A DNA stretch of 63,128 nt, the filler included, from Reticulomyxa filosa (taxonomy: Eukaryota; Protista; Foraminifera), in the NCBI GenBank assembly GCA_000512085.1. It is 16 parts of 16 records of this genome, joined end to end, with 100 filler letters (N's around TTAATTAATTAA, not from the genome) between each part and the next. Parts side by side here need not be neighbours in the genome. Positions count along the whole stretch, not along the records: positions 22,312 to 26,068 come from ASPP01003573.1; positions 26,169 to 30,719 come from ASPP01028136.1; positions 30,820 to 35,887 come from ASPP01028073.1; positions 35,988 to 37,374 come from ASPP01027831.1; positions 37,475 to 39,589 come from ASPP01014154.1; 11 more parts are not named here. The stretch is one strand, 5' to 3'. Below the pieces are notes generated by a model, which did no database searches, was not told the DNA's origin, and worked only from the letters and a program-made list of their open reading frames with translations. Each line of letters starts with the position of its first letter. The stretch's first letter is position 1. Below are positions 24,826-37,518 of the stretch, piece after piece. The position numbers and the translations under genes are program-made.

Positions 24826-25724
24826 AAAATCATTATTTTTTTTACAAAGTGGACAGTCTGTGAAAAAAAACAAAACCGCTTTTTTAAGTTGAAAGTTATT
24901 TAAAAAAAAAACAAAAAAGACGTACTAGTGTGAGAGGGCATATATCACCCCAATTTGGAGCTGGTACGAGAAACAACCAAAAAAAAAAGAAAAAAACCCT
25001 TTTTTTCGTTAAGACGTAAACGCACAACTCATAAATGTTTATAAAAAAAGAGTCCAAAATTGCAATTTTTGGAGTATTTTGACATTTTTAACAAAACAAC
25101 TTGTAAAAAAGAATTATTAAAATTTTTGTATATTATTTCATTTGTTCTACAATTGTGATTCCAAAAACAAATTAACCATAGATAATTAAAAATTTTAAAT
25201 TTTATTTTTTGGAATGGATCATTACTTTTTCTTGAATAGTAATTTTTCTCTGGAAGAGAAAAAGTTTTCCCTTTTTAGAAAAATTCTCTTGGACATTACG
25301 AATATGATTTTGGTCCTTCTCTCTTCAAACAACATAACAATCTAAATGTCTACAACATGGAGAGTTCCTTCAGCATTGCACTCCTTTGTAAAATTACAGC
25401 AGCTACCAAAAAAAGAAAGGAGCTAGTCAATGTGAACACAAGACACTCAAAATAACAACATCATTTGAAAAAAAGGTGCTGTCATCGCGACCCAAACAAA
25501 TACGCTTGTCTATTGTGTCTCTCCTGACATTGGCAATATTCTTCACAGCCAATTGAGGATACCAATTTTATTGTTGTTTGTTTGGAAAGCGCGCAATAAA
25601 TGAAATTATTAATAATTAAAAAAATAAAAAAATCAGATATTCGATTATATACCCTTCTTTTGTTTATCGATCGAAATTGATAGTTTATAATAATCAGTAC
25701 GTAGAATTGCAAAAAATTATCGCA

Positions 25725-26068
25725 ACAGTGGGTGGGTCAATTATTATAACGAAGTTTCTCAACAGCAACGTATTAGCTCGAGCAATATATTTATATATAT
25801 TTGTATGTTAATTTACAACTTCACAATTGCACAGTGAAGACACTCTTTTATAATCTAACTTGTAGATTGTTTGAAAAAATGATGGTTAGGCTCCGGGATT
25901 TGGAGATGTGCGAAAAAACAGCTTGCGTGATATGGCGATATTAACTGGCGGTCAAGTTGTGAGTGAAGACCTTGGACAGAAAATTGAAGATGTGCAATTG
26001 GGTGACTTGGGTCGTTGTGGACGTATAACAATAACAAAAGATGATACAACGATATTAAATGGATCTGG
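25725..26068 (+). pseudogene. HSP60: Chaperonin 60 (Hsp60/GroEL) fragment with internal deletion, probably a pseudogene
   Basis: [29 protein letters not shown]...[15 protein letters not shown] at 25890-26068. Frameshifted remnants of earlier cpn60 motifs (TA[T]VLARAIY) sit only about 100 bp upstream. Confidence 0.7.
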
Positions 26069-26249
26069 NNNNNNNNNNNNNNNNNNNNNNNNNNNNNNNN
26101 NNNNNNNNNNNNTTAATTAATTAANNNNNNNNNNNNNNNNNNNNNNNNNNNNNNNNNNNNNNNNNNNNACCTGAATTTATAATAACAAAACAAATAAAAG
26201 CAATTATTGTTGTTGTAATCTTTAAATAAATAAAAACAAATAAAAAAGC

Positions 26250-27386
26250 TTGGATTTAATGTTGGGAGGCGATTTAAAGCTTCATTTGAGCAATGATGCT
26301 CGTTTTGATGAACAAAGAGCACGATTTCATATCGCCGAAGTGTTGTTAGGATTAGAACATCTTCATGGAAAAAATGTTATTTTTCGAGATTTAAAACTGG
26401 AAAACGTTTTACTGGATGAAAAAGGCCATTGTAAAATTAGTGATTTGGGGTTATCTGTTCAATTGAAAAACAAAACAGATCAAATCAGTGGCTATGCTGG
26501 AACTCCAGGTTATACTGCACCTGAAGTTGTATTGGGATTAGACTATAGCTTTACAGTCGACTTTTTCAGCTTGGGAGTAATGATTTATCGCTGTCTCAGT
26601 GGAAAAAAGCCTTTTGACTCGAAACAAGCAAAAGATGATGTTTTGTTTGCTTTTTATTTATGCTGATTTGCTCAACAGTTTTTGAAAAAATTGAAATGAT
26701 ATAACGGTTTAGACTTCGCAGTTAGATCGAAATGTCATCGAGTTAGAACCTGATTACTCAAAATACTTTTTCCAATCACAAGCAAAGTCTTTGCTAAAAG
26801 GAGTTTTGCTTCATGCTTTTTTTTTTTTGTATGCTGTTACCTTTTTAATGGATTTGAAAGCGGAGATTTGCACTGCGAACAGCTGTTGTGCAAAAATCCA
26901 AAAAAACGGTTGGGAGTTCATGGCATTGAAGAAATTAAAAACCATCCATGGTTTGAAAGCATTGATTTTGGGCTACTTGAAGCTGGATATTTGAGTCCTT
27001 TGTTTGTTCCACGAGTTCAGTTGTTTTTAGTTTTTTTTTTGTTTACTTGTTAAGAACTTTTTTTTTTGGAACAGCTGGACGAAATTCACTCATCATGTGG
27101 AGACAATGAACCCCCAAAAAAAGATGGTGAATATGAAGAAGTAAAATTAAAAGCTGAATTTGAAGAGTCTGTTAAAGATTTTTCGTTTATTTCGAAAAAG
27201 GCAATTCAAGAAGAGCTGGTTGACATTTTAAGTGAAAAAGATCGTGCCAGGCATTTGAAAGGAGAGCCTATAACCGCATATGAAACCGAAGAGGAAGAAT
27301 CAGAGGAACAATGTAGTGAATCGAAAAGTGGATTGTTCGACGGATTAATAACTTCAAAGTGTTCAAACGGATGCCAAACTATGTGA
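26250..27386 (+). CDS. G protein-coupled receptor kinase (GRK)-like AGC kinase, 3' part, ending in CaaX motif
   Basis: LMLGGDLKLHL, ARFHIAEVLLGLEHLH, FRDLKLENVLLDEKGHCKISDLGL (GRK-type DLG), GYAGTPGYTAPEV, AGC tail HPWFESIDFGLLEAGYLSPLFVP. C-terminus CSNGCQTM*. Confidence 0.85.
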
Positions 27387-27744
27387 TACACAAGGAAAGT
27401 TGTTGCACTGTGTCAATATTCGCATTGTTATAAACTTTAATAATTTAGCTCTAGTATCATCACAGAATAAATGAAAAATTGTACTTTTCTGTTTTAGTCA
27501 AAACAAAAAAATTTAAAAGAAATCATTAAGCTAAAACTTTTGTTTCAACGGAATTTTTCAATGTGACTTCTGGTAAAAATAAAAAAAATCGGTCATGATA
27601 TCAAAAATTTTTAAATCAATAACTGCTCGTGATAATATGAATATCCAAAAATACATCTTCCAGTACTTGGGGTTATATCATTGCTACTTGATTATATGAC
27701 TATAAATGAAATATCGAAATTGTTACAGTTTGAAAAAGCAAAGT

Positions 27745-28896
27745 AAGCTACTTTCGATCGCTACATTGATACAATATCTTATTTATATTTAATTTAGCAT
27801 TTGTGGTTGATCTATTCGAAGTGCACACAAATAATCCCGACTGATCATAAAAAAAATGAACAAGGCACAAAACTTGATTAATGTAAGTTTGCAAAGCTCA
27901 TTAATCAGCCAAACGAAGTATTTTGATCTCTATCTCTAACAAATATACTGTCGTGTATAACTTGTAATGATTCTGCTATCTCATTTCTATAATGATCATC
28001 AAATCAGACAAATTACTAATCTCTCAATTTGTATAACTATTTTAAAAAATAATTGTTTGTTTATCATTTTATTTCAAATAATAATAATAATAATGATAGT
28101 TATTTATTTGACTATGAAACTAAAGTCATGCTTATTGTGATAAGATTTTAACTAAATTGCTTTATAGATAGCGTAATTTGATGTATTCATCAATATTAAT
28201 AAGAAATTTAATGTTTTGGTTCTAGTGTATTGTCCACATTTGTTATTTTTTTGTTGTGTTGTATTGTATAAGTATGTTTTATTTTTAGTGTAATAGATTT
28301 GATCCTTAACATCCAAATCTTCAAATTCAAGAAGTTCAATTTCAGTGTGAAATGCCTCTTGTTTGTTCTTCACTAACAAAAACATTAAATATAAGCCTTG
28401 CAAGTATTGTCGTTTTGTTGATTGTTTCCTTAATTCTCTTTTTTTTATTTATTTGTCATATGTCATAGCACAGAACAGAAATATACAGATTTTTCCAACT
28501 TTAAAATACAATGTAAATAAAATAAAATAAAATAAAAACTTTGATGAATAAAATTGCTTCAATTGTTGCAAAACACGTTCAAATAATTCCAAATTTTTGT
28601 TTGATATTGCTACAATGGCACCACATTCAAGTCCTTCCACTATTTACAATTTGATTGATACAATCAATGCTCTTCTTCTTTTTATCACTTTTCTTCTTTT
28701 TACCCTCTTTCATAGTGTAAGGATATATATATATTTAACTGGCAAGCTTTAAATCGCTATTGGATTTTACATGGTGATGATTTCTTAGAAGATACGATTG
28801 AACTTCTCGAAAAGCTTTTGACGTGTCTCCATGGCTGGGGTCTTTGTCACAAAGAGATTTCAAATGTGCTACAAGTTTTGCAAGAGGTTCGGACAT
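27745..28896 (-). pseudogene. PSMD8: 26S proteasome lid subunit Rpn12/PSMD8-like, 3' half apparently disrupted
   Basis: DLKLA|..GLECGAIVAISNKNLELFERVLQQLKQFY, LQGLYLMFLLVKNKQEAFHTEIELL and YRNEIAESLQ match Rpn12. Stops and frameshifts follow; these could be unresolved introns. Confidence 0.6.
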
Positions 28897-30079
28897 TGAC
28901 AGAATAGTGAAGTAAGTAAGTTGAGTAAATGAGTGAAGATGACAGCAAGGAGAAATGTTAACAAACTAAATCTTAGTAAAGATACGTTCAGCAAAAAAAA
29001 GGTTTGTGTCACAAAGATTTTTCGTTCTCCATTGCTGATATGATCAAACTTCTTTTTTTAAAAAAAAGAATAATTTACAAAATTTAATAGTAGTATTAAA
29101 ATTTTTGTGTAAGATTTGGAAGAACAGAAAACTAGTGAACGAAAACTAACCCTAAAAAAAGGATCAAAAGAAAAGAAAACCAAAACTCTCTCATTTGTGT
29201 TTTCTCACTTTAATTTAAACCACTCGTGTTAAAACTCTAAGAAATGTTGGTGAAATATCAAGTAAAAGATATTCCTAAAAAAGGAAAACGCTTGGCTGCA
29301 GCACAAGCAATCAAAAAGGGCACACAAATATTGAAGGAAGAGTTTATGACAGCAATCAGATAACACGTTCCAGATATAAATAAAGAAAAAGTTATGGAAT
29401 TCATGTTCCACCTTTATACAGGCAACGATGGAAAACAGTTTATCCTTGCCTATGAAATTGGTTCACATTATTTCAACCAGTTTTGTTTCACACGATATTT
29501 CGCTTTTTTTTTTTTTTTTTTTTTTGCACAAATGTTTATACAATTTATTTGATATTTTTTTGTTATCCACCACAGGTCACGAACATCGCCAAATGGCACG
29601 CTTATTTGAGTTTCCTGACTGGTTGATGGAAATTAAAAAAGAATACTGAATGGCAAGCACAGAAGGATTGGCTAGTTATAAGTTTTCAAAGTTTATTTTT
29701 TAAACGTATAATTAAATTTTGGGGGGTGAAACAAAACACTTGGTGCCACTCGAAGTGGCTTATGTATAATTTAAAAATAATAATTAAATTATATATGGAT
29801 GTATGGGAATAATTGCAGTTTAGTCAAGCTGCTTTTATTCACATACAGCATATATTTTTTATTTTTATTTTTATGTTATATATTCGGCACATCGAGTTTC
29901 TCGAGGTCCGCCTCGTGTTTTGTTGTTTGGTTAATAAAAAAATTTTAGGTGCAATATTGTCGAGCGCGGAGGCTGCAAACGATTCTTGCAATGTTGCTAT
30001 GCTTTACAAGCAGGTGTGTTTTTATTTACCTTTATTTTTAAGTTTTTTTTATTAGCAATTTTTTTTACTTTCGATATGT

Positions 30080-30545
30080 TCATTGCTGTCATGATTTTAT
30101 TTGATCCAGCTGTCAATCCTTGTTATTTTCTTGAGATGTTCCTGCTGTTTCACTGATAGCTTTGATCAATGTCCATGCGCGCTCGTTGTTGGTGCCATGG
30201 TTTTTAGTTGTTGTTGGCAGACTTGGCGCTGCTTCTTGTTAATTTTTTTTTTTTAAACAAAAAGTTTAACTTGTTGAAAGTTTTATCCAATTTTTGAGAA
30301 AGTTTCATTGCGTGAGATCGAACGCTTTCAGCATGATCATTGACTTGTGCGATAATTTGCCATCCAAAAGAAAAACGATAACAGGAATTTTGTTAAGCTG
30401 AGCATATTTCAGACCATTGGCTCTGATCAATGCCATACAATGAATATTTGACAAATTGCGCTCACATGATCGATTACTCTTTTCACTGGCATCGGAGTGT
30501 AAAAAAGTATTTTGAGAAAGACATGTACGAATCTTTGTTCATTTG
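30080..30545 (-). pseudogene. Degraded coding remnant, weakly Nup54-like
   Basis: Fragments YGIDQSQWSEI and VKQQEHLKKITRID among multiple stops. Similarity judged by eye only. Confidence 0.25.
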
Positions 30546-30828
30546 AATTTTGGTGACAGCTGTCGAAAGTTGGTTTCTGTGATTGACGCCACGCAATGGT
30601 TGTGTTTGTTCTATTGTTTAGATTTTCTTTTTTTCTTAATTTTATTTAAATTGAACCTTTTTACTTTAAATATTATGAATAATTCTGCGTAGTAATAAAG
30701 GAAATATTCTTATCAAATANNNNNNNNNNNNNNNNNNNNNNNNNNNNNNNNNNNNNNNNNNNNTTAATTAATTAANNNNNNNNNNNNNNNNNNNNNNNNN
30801 NNNNNNNNNNNNNNNNNNNTGTCCATTA

Positions 30829-31210
30829 CAATTCAGTCAGGTCAGCCTCTTATTAACTCAATCACCACTTTCAGGCTCAATTATTATTATTATTTTTATC
30901 GAGATCAATTATATCCAACCTATTCCAACTCAACTCACTCCACTCAACGCAGTACACTTCAACACAGTCCAACCTAGCCCAATTCAACATAACTCACTCC
31001 AACTCTCCTCAACCCAACTCAACCCAACCCAATACATTACACCTCGACACAATGTAACTCAATCCAACCAAGCCATACTCAATACAGCGCAACCCAATCA
31101 CGCTACATCTATATCAACATAACCCAATCCAATCGAACCTAACGCAATTCAAATCGCACCAATTCGATCCTACTCAATCCGCCTTGATCAATTGCAACAC
31201 AATTAAATCT
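30829..31210. repeat. Degenerate pentanucleotide satellite, consensus CAAYY
   Basis: caacc tattc caact caact cactc cact caacg cagta cactt caaca cagtc caacc ... largely in 5-nt phase over about 300 bp. Confidence 0.85.
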
Positions 31211-31349
31211 TAATTAATATGAGTCGATTCAATCCAATGATTAAATTAATTTAATGCTTCCACAAATTGTCTATATAAAATAACACAACAATTACGTATT
31301 TGTCATATCCTCTTTTTTTTGTTGTTGTTCATATCTAAAAACATTAAAT

Positions 31350-32760
31350 ATAGATTACATTGAAATGTCGACACGTGGCTACGTTTTCCAATTTATCAAT
31401 CAAGTTAAATGTATTCGTCGACACATCAATTCGCCCAATCAATTGCCTTCAGTGTGATATCCTCCAATTCCGGCAGCAAAATCAGAATTTTAAGAAAATG
31501 TGGCATTGCTCGCTTTCTTCGCGCATTAAGTCTCTAAAATCTTTTTTGCTATCTCTTTTGCCTTTTGTTCTGCAATTCTTTCTTTACGCTCTTCGTCTTC
31601 CCACATTTCTTTCGGTGTTTTGTAGTTTTTCCCCATTGACATCATTAACCTTTGAAAACTATTTGTTGGTTCCAGTTCCGATTGCTGATCTTGCTGCTGT
31701 GTCTGCCCTTGTCGCTCTTCTACTTGATCTGCTTGCTGCTGCTGCTCTGATTGTTTGTGTTCATCTTCCTCTTGCTGTTGATGTTCGTCTTCATCTTGCT
31801 GTTGGCTTTGTTGAACCTGTGCTTCAGAGCGAAACTATTTATATATGTATATATGCAAGCGTCGACGATTATCAAGAAAAATTTATATATCACATATTAC
31901 AAATTGGCAATGAACACTACATTATAACACATGTTATATAACTTGTTTCTTAATGCAGCTAATTATTCTTTTCCAATAGCTGCCCAACGTACTCGCTATT
32001 CCACCAATGCGTGTATGCAAGTTTGTGCAAACTTGTGTCAACTATTTTTATTTTCAATTATACTGAATTACATTTTTGTTCATTATTGTATGCAATGTAT
32101 AAAACAAAAAAAGGAAAATTAACTCTTGAGCGTTTTGGGGCTGGTTCATCGTTTCGAGATTGATCATTATCATCACTCATTTCTCGAATGCTCCTTTTTG
32201 CCGCAGTTCGTCGTCGTCGTCGTCGTTGACCTTGTGGTTGCACGTGATCTTGACTTTGATCGCTCTCTTCCTTCACATCCAACTCTTCTTGCACTTGTGT
32301 TGGCGCTTGTTGCACTTGTGTTGGCGCTGGTTGTACTTGTAGTAGTACTTGCTGTGGTTGTTGAGCTGCGGAACTTGTTGGACCTGCTGCACTGGTTGAG
32401 CATGTGCTTGTTGTGTTGCTGCACTGGTTGGGCTTGTTGAGCTTGCACTTGCTGAGCTTGCACTTGTGGGACTTGCTGCACTGGTTGTGCTTGTTGAGCT
32501 TGCACTTGATGTGCTTGTAGTTGTTGGACCTGCACTTGTTGTGCTTGCTGCATTGGTGGGGCTTGTTGGATCTGCACTTGTTGGGCTTGTGCTTGTTGCG
32601 CCTGCACTTGCTGAGCTTGCACTTGTGGGACTTGCTGCACTGGTGGAGCTTGTTGGACTTGTTGGGCCTGCTGCACTTGATTTTGTGCTTGGCCTACTCC
32701 GTGCTGGTGTTCATTATTCGCCTGTTGCCGATCCATCAATTATTATTTATAGTGTCAATT
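31350..32760 (-). CDS. Gln-rich repetitive protein of unknown function (frameshifted, possibly a pseudogene)
   Basis: QAQQVQAQQAQPVQQVPQV repeats at 32400-32680. A frame change near 32410 leads into QQAPTQVQEELDVKEE...EPAPKRSR (NLS-like). Downstream exons contain stops. Confidence 0.45.
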
Positions 32761-33733
32761 GTTATTCTACATATATCATTGAAATAAATTAATAATTATT
32801 CGAAAGAAGAAAAAACAGACCCTGAATCTCTTGTTCGGCAGCAATGTATCATCAGCAAAGAATGGCCGTCCTCTCTTTACTGCTCTGCTTCTAAAGATTT
32901 CGTCTATTGTTCAATATATTTATTTCGTATGTTTGTTTTTTTGTTTGTCTGTTTGCCTCCAAAAAACACAGCTAATGCACACAAAATGAACCATAAAAAA
33001 ATTTTGTGTGAAAAAAAAAGTATTGCACCGGTGGGAACAAAAAAAGGATGAAGCATGAAAAAATCAAAATGGAGCTGTCACAAGAAATGATATTGAGCAC
33101 AGAACAAATGGTACAAATTGGTGTTATAACAACAAAGCATCCATTTTTAAACTCTTTTTTTTGTTGTTTGTTGTGTTGTGCAAGTGTGTTTTTTTTTTGT
33201 TTACAATTGAAAAAGCTTGATGCTGATTCGTCATTATTTTGTCCGTTATTTTGCATTTTCTGTTTTTTTTTTCAAACTTTTCAACAGTTGTACTAACTTG
33301 AAACTAAGGGGACCAGTGAACGCAAACTTGGCTATGTTGATCGAAAAGAAAGATTGTCACTTTTGAATGTAAAATAAATATCACATATTTTGATCTTTTG
33401 AAAAAAAATGAAATGAATGTCACGTTGCTTCACTGCAGACAAATAAATTCATTCAAGTGTTTGTTCAAATCTCTAATATTTTTTCGTGAACCTTGTGTGT
33501 TTGTTTTTTGTTCATCAATGTTTAGAAAAGAAGTATTAAAAAGTTTTTGTTTATTGACAGATAAGACTTTTTCACTAATAGTTTTTTAAACATATACACG
33601 TTTTGTTTGAAACAAAGCTACTTTTTTTTTTCAATTAATTTATTCTGTAGCTTGAAATGAAAAAAGTGTTTCTTTAGAAAACAAAATGAAATACTTTTGC
33701 CATTGGAAAAATTCAAAAGAAACAGTAAAGCAG

Positions 33734-35833
33734 CTAATATATTTTTTTTTTACGACTATTGAGCCATCCTCTGCGAATGATCAAAGTATAAGTAGTGGCA
33801 GATCCAATGAGCATAAGAGTAACAACGATGAGAAATCCAAGGACATTAAGATCGGGATCCCATGTGGAAGGTTCGATTAATTGAAAAGGGACGTATACGT
33901 TCATTCCCCACAGCCCGGCGACAAGCGTAGCTGGCAACGACACAGCGCTAAGAACGGACATTTTGCTGGCAATTTCGCTGAGAATGTTACTTTGTTGATT
34001 CATTTCTAAAGACACGTTGGCAACAAATAGGTTTTGTAAAGACTCTAATTTTTTTAATCCGACTTCGATGATATCCACCATTCCAGACAAATGATCATTG
34101 ATATCTCTCCAATAAGGCTCGGGAACATCTTGTAGAAAGGCACGCCATTCCAAGTTATTTAACTGATCCAACAAAATAGATTTGGGCGATAATCGATGGC
34201 GATAAATTCCGAGCCACGACCGTGCATTCAAAAAGCGTTTCAGCAGCTCGTGTTGGCTGTTCACGCCAAGCATTGGCACGATATGTTCCAAAGCCTCTAC
34301 TTCTGTTACGGTACGATTCACATCCGGGATCAATGAATCAATCACCCCATCAATCACGGCATGACATACCCAGCCCGGGCTAGGGCAATTCCATTTTGCG
34401 GTTAACCCCGGGAAGTGCCTCTATTTTTTTAAATATATATATATATGTATACGTATATGTATACGTATATAACAAGAAACTCGTTTTAATAATTTTTCTT
34501 GTTTCTTCCATGACAATTCCGGGCTGTTCATGATAAGTGAGAATGATAGTCTTGAAGACAATAATGGCAATGCGCTGTGTTCGTTCACGATCGTAGGTGG
34601 GCGCACGAATGCAAATGAACAGATAGTGGTCAAAGATTTCCAGCTTTTCGCGACAGTCTCGACTAACACAGTCTTCGGTGGTCAAAGGATGGATTTTCGG
34701 ACGAATGTGAGAAGCGATCATTTCAAAGGTGTCGCGATCGCAACACATATCGACCCAAACAGGGTGTTTGTGCGTGTGTTTCAATTTACTCAATTGTCTC
34801 AACACCTGTTCGGCGTCATGCAATTCGATATGCGTCTCACCATTTGTTGTGACCGGAGAAGAGACAGCAGACGCAGAAGACGGAGGAGGGCCTACAATTA
34901 TAAATTGGTTTTGTCGATGCTCTTGTTCCATGTCTCGTCTCACTTCGGACATTATTGTGCTCTGAATGAATCTGGACGTATCTCCAGTTTGTGGTGAGAA
35001 CATTGTGGAAGATGTGGCTTTGGTTTCATTGGACTGCGGAGGAGGACTTTTCTTTTTTTTTTTTTTTAATTTTTTTAAGTATTTTGAGAAAAAAAACAAG
35101 TCATTCCATTGTTTATATATATATATATACGTATAACTAGAGGGATCGAAAGAATCCGCGACAGGACGTTGCGAAACAGAGGGGAAATTGGTAGTATTGG
35201 TGTCAGTGACAACGGAAGAAGAGGGTACATCAAATCTCGTCGACGGCAAACGTGCGCCTGTTTGCCACGCCACAATCAATCTTTATGCAAATGAACATAC
35301 ATACATACATACATACATACATACATCGACGGACAGAAAGAGACATAACGCAAATTGAGCAAATTGGGAACAGCGGGATGACTTTCGACATCGTTGGATA
35401 CTGTTCGTGTTAAGTCTTGTTTTGTCGCAGTGGACGTAGGAGCGACTTTTCTTGCACTTGCACCTGCACCTGCATCGTCGTCACTGCTGCTACTCTCATA
35501 ACCACGTGCCGATAACATCTTTGGCTCGTCGTCCTTCTTTTTTTTTTAATCGTCTTTTTTTCCTTGTTTTTACGTCGCTTTTCTATCGTTGCAACAGGTT
35601 CACGCTGCGTATGACTTCGTTGTTGCTCTTGCTGTTGCTGTTGCTGTTGCTGTTGCTCTTCCTTTTCTTTACTATGCTTTTGCTCCGGAACGAGCAATGA
35701 ACTCGATTGATACAAAGTGTCGTCCTCCCATTTGGGCATTTCGGATCCTCTTCCAATCATCACTGTCTGTGTCACCACCACTTTATTCGGTCGTCCCGTC
35801 AGTCCATTCGTCCACGTACTTTTTCGACGACTC
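33734..35833 (-). CDS. CorA/Alr1-family Mg2+ transporter (5' end lost in gap)
   Basis: VWVDM...IHPLTTEDC...REKLEIFDHYLFI, then MSVLSAVSLPATLVAGLWGMNVYVPF (GMN signature) followed by a second TM helix. Confidence 0.92.
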
Positions 35834-35987
35834 CTGTTTTTTTTTTTTTTTTTTATTATTGCTTTGTAAAAAAAAAAAATAAAAATANNNNNNNNNNNNN
35901 NNNNNNNNNNNNNNNNNNNNNNNNNNNNNNNTTAATTAATTAANNNNNNNNNNNNNNNNNNNNNNNNNNNNNNNNNNNNNNNNNNNN

Positions 35988-35988
35988 C

Positions 35989-36026
<38 letters not shown>

Positions 36027-36594
36027 CATTGCCATTGATATTTGGATTGGGTGCAAATTCAAATAATAATTGGGTGAGCACTTCTGCACCACGACTAAAG
36101 CCAATCAAATGGAGTGGATATTTGTTCATTCCCAGATATGTCAATAACTCCAACAAATGATTGATACACTTGTATCGCACTTGTTTTGCATTGTTGCCGT
36201 TATTATACGTAGGGTCGTTTTCTCCAGTTCGCTTATTCACTTTGTGCAAGAAATTTTCATACACGCTGAAATAATTGTTGATTGCGCAAGGACGAACTAT
36301 TGCAATCTTGCTTTTACCAAACTTTTCGCTCAGCTGCATTGCTGTTGACTCCAAATTGTAGATCAAAAACTGCTCGTCTGATGTACCTTCATACTCCTTC
36401 TTCATTCTTTCATATTTGTCTTGCACGTCGCCGCCAAAATACACTACGTTATTCACTTTCGCCGAGTCTGGTTTGGATACTGTTTCTGACACTGTTTTGC
36501 TTTCCGCGTCTTGCGTTATGTCCACAACCAACACTTCGTTTGTCCCAATCGACGTTGTTATCTTTTGCCAAGAGAGCTTTTTCGTCTTTTCCAT
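35988..36594 (-). CDS. C2orf69/UPF0565-family alpha/beta hydrolase-like protein (3' end in gap)
   Basis: VVYFGGDVQD, YNLESTAMQLSEKF, FSVYENF, LIGFSRGAEVLTQLLFE. Confidence 0.82.
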
Positions 36595-36939
36595 TTTATT
36601 TTTATATTTTGTTTTATTTACCCCTTTTTTTTTTTCTGGTGTTCCCAAAAATTTTCAATTGTTGGTACAATTGCAGTTTTTTGTTTAGCTTTTCTTTTAT
36701 GTTATAATCGAATGGATTTTGTTACTTAAAAAAAACAGAACTTCGTTATACTTTTTTAATAAGTAAAACACAAATTATTTTACTTCATTTCAAAGAAAGC
36801 CTGTTTATTCCTTAAATTAACACAATAACAATGAAAACCAATTTAAATGTAACGTCAACTCAAACAAGCAGGAGGGAAAGGGAGCAAGTGAAAACGCACT
36901 TAAAAAAAAAAAGGAAAGAAAGAACAGACATTGTGAAAA

Positions 36940-37280
36940 ATGTTGTGGTTGTTATTTAGTCTTTTTGTGTCAGTGGAAAGATCACAGGGGCAATCATCGT
37001 CTCTAGTGACAAATTGGAACAGTGGTAATTTGGTGTTACCAAATGACGATGAATGGACCGTTCTTGGCTACGATACGTCGCTAAATCCTAGCGAGGTCCA
37101 CATTTTTGGCGGCATACAAAACCCGACACAGCACTACTCCTTCAATTTAAAGACAATGGCAGTGAGCCATTACAACGAAATATCAGTCCCAATGAACTGT
37201 CACGTGCAGCCTATTTCTTTGAACCGTCGAACATTTGTCATGAATGATAAAGACAGCACTTTTTACTCCATTGATTTGGG
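36940..37280 (+). CDS. Secreted or surface protein with Kelch-like motif (first exon, partial)
   Basis: Signal-peptide-like MLWLLFSLFVSV; VLGYD...EVHIFGG motif. Confidence 0.4.
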
Positions 37281-37474
37281 TACTTTTTTTTTTTTAAAAA
37301 AAAAAAGGGGGTCAATTGTTTTTCAAAAAAAGTTTTTTTTGAAAAATCAAATTAAATTTAAAAAAAAAAAAAAANNNNNNNNNNNNNNNNNNNNNNNNNN
37401 NNNNNNNNNNNNNNNNNNTTAATTAATTAANNNNNNNNNNNNNNNNNNNNNNNNNNNNNNNNNNNNNNNNNNNN

Positions 37475-37518
37475 AAGATATCGTTTTAAGCGTTCAGTTT
37501 TCTTTGCAACATACTGTA
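37475..37518 (-). mobile_element. Tc1-like terminal repeat copy
   Basis: ...ttttctttgcaacatactg|ta matches the ends at 361-378 and 51098-51117. Abuts a spacer. Confidence 0.55.

Noticed and set aside
25890-26068. Bacterial groEL contamination or horizontal transfer
   Set aside because: AT-rich codon usage, intron-like flanks and decayed upstream pieces fit a host cpn60 pseudogene; a phylogeny would be needed to say more.
31400-31500. In-frame TGA codons suggesting stop-codon reassignment
   Set aside because: Well-supported genes here end in TGA (ATAD2, PFDN5, GRK, WD40) or TAA (RAD50, Mpo1) and have no internal stops once spliced; local decay is more likely.
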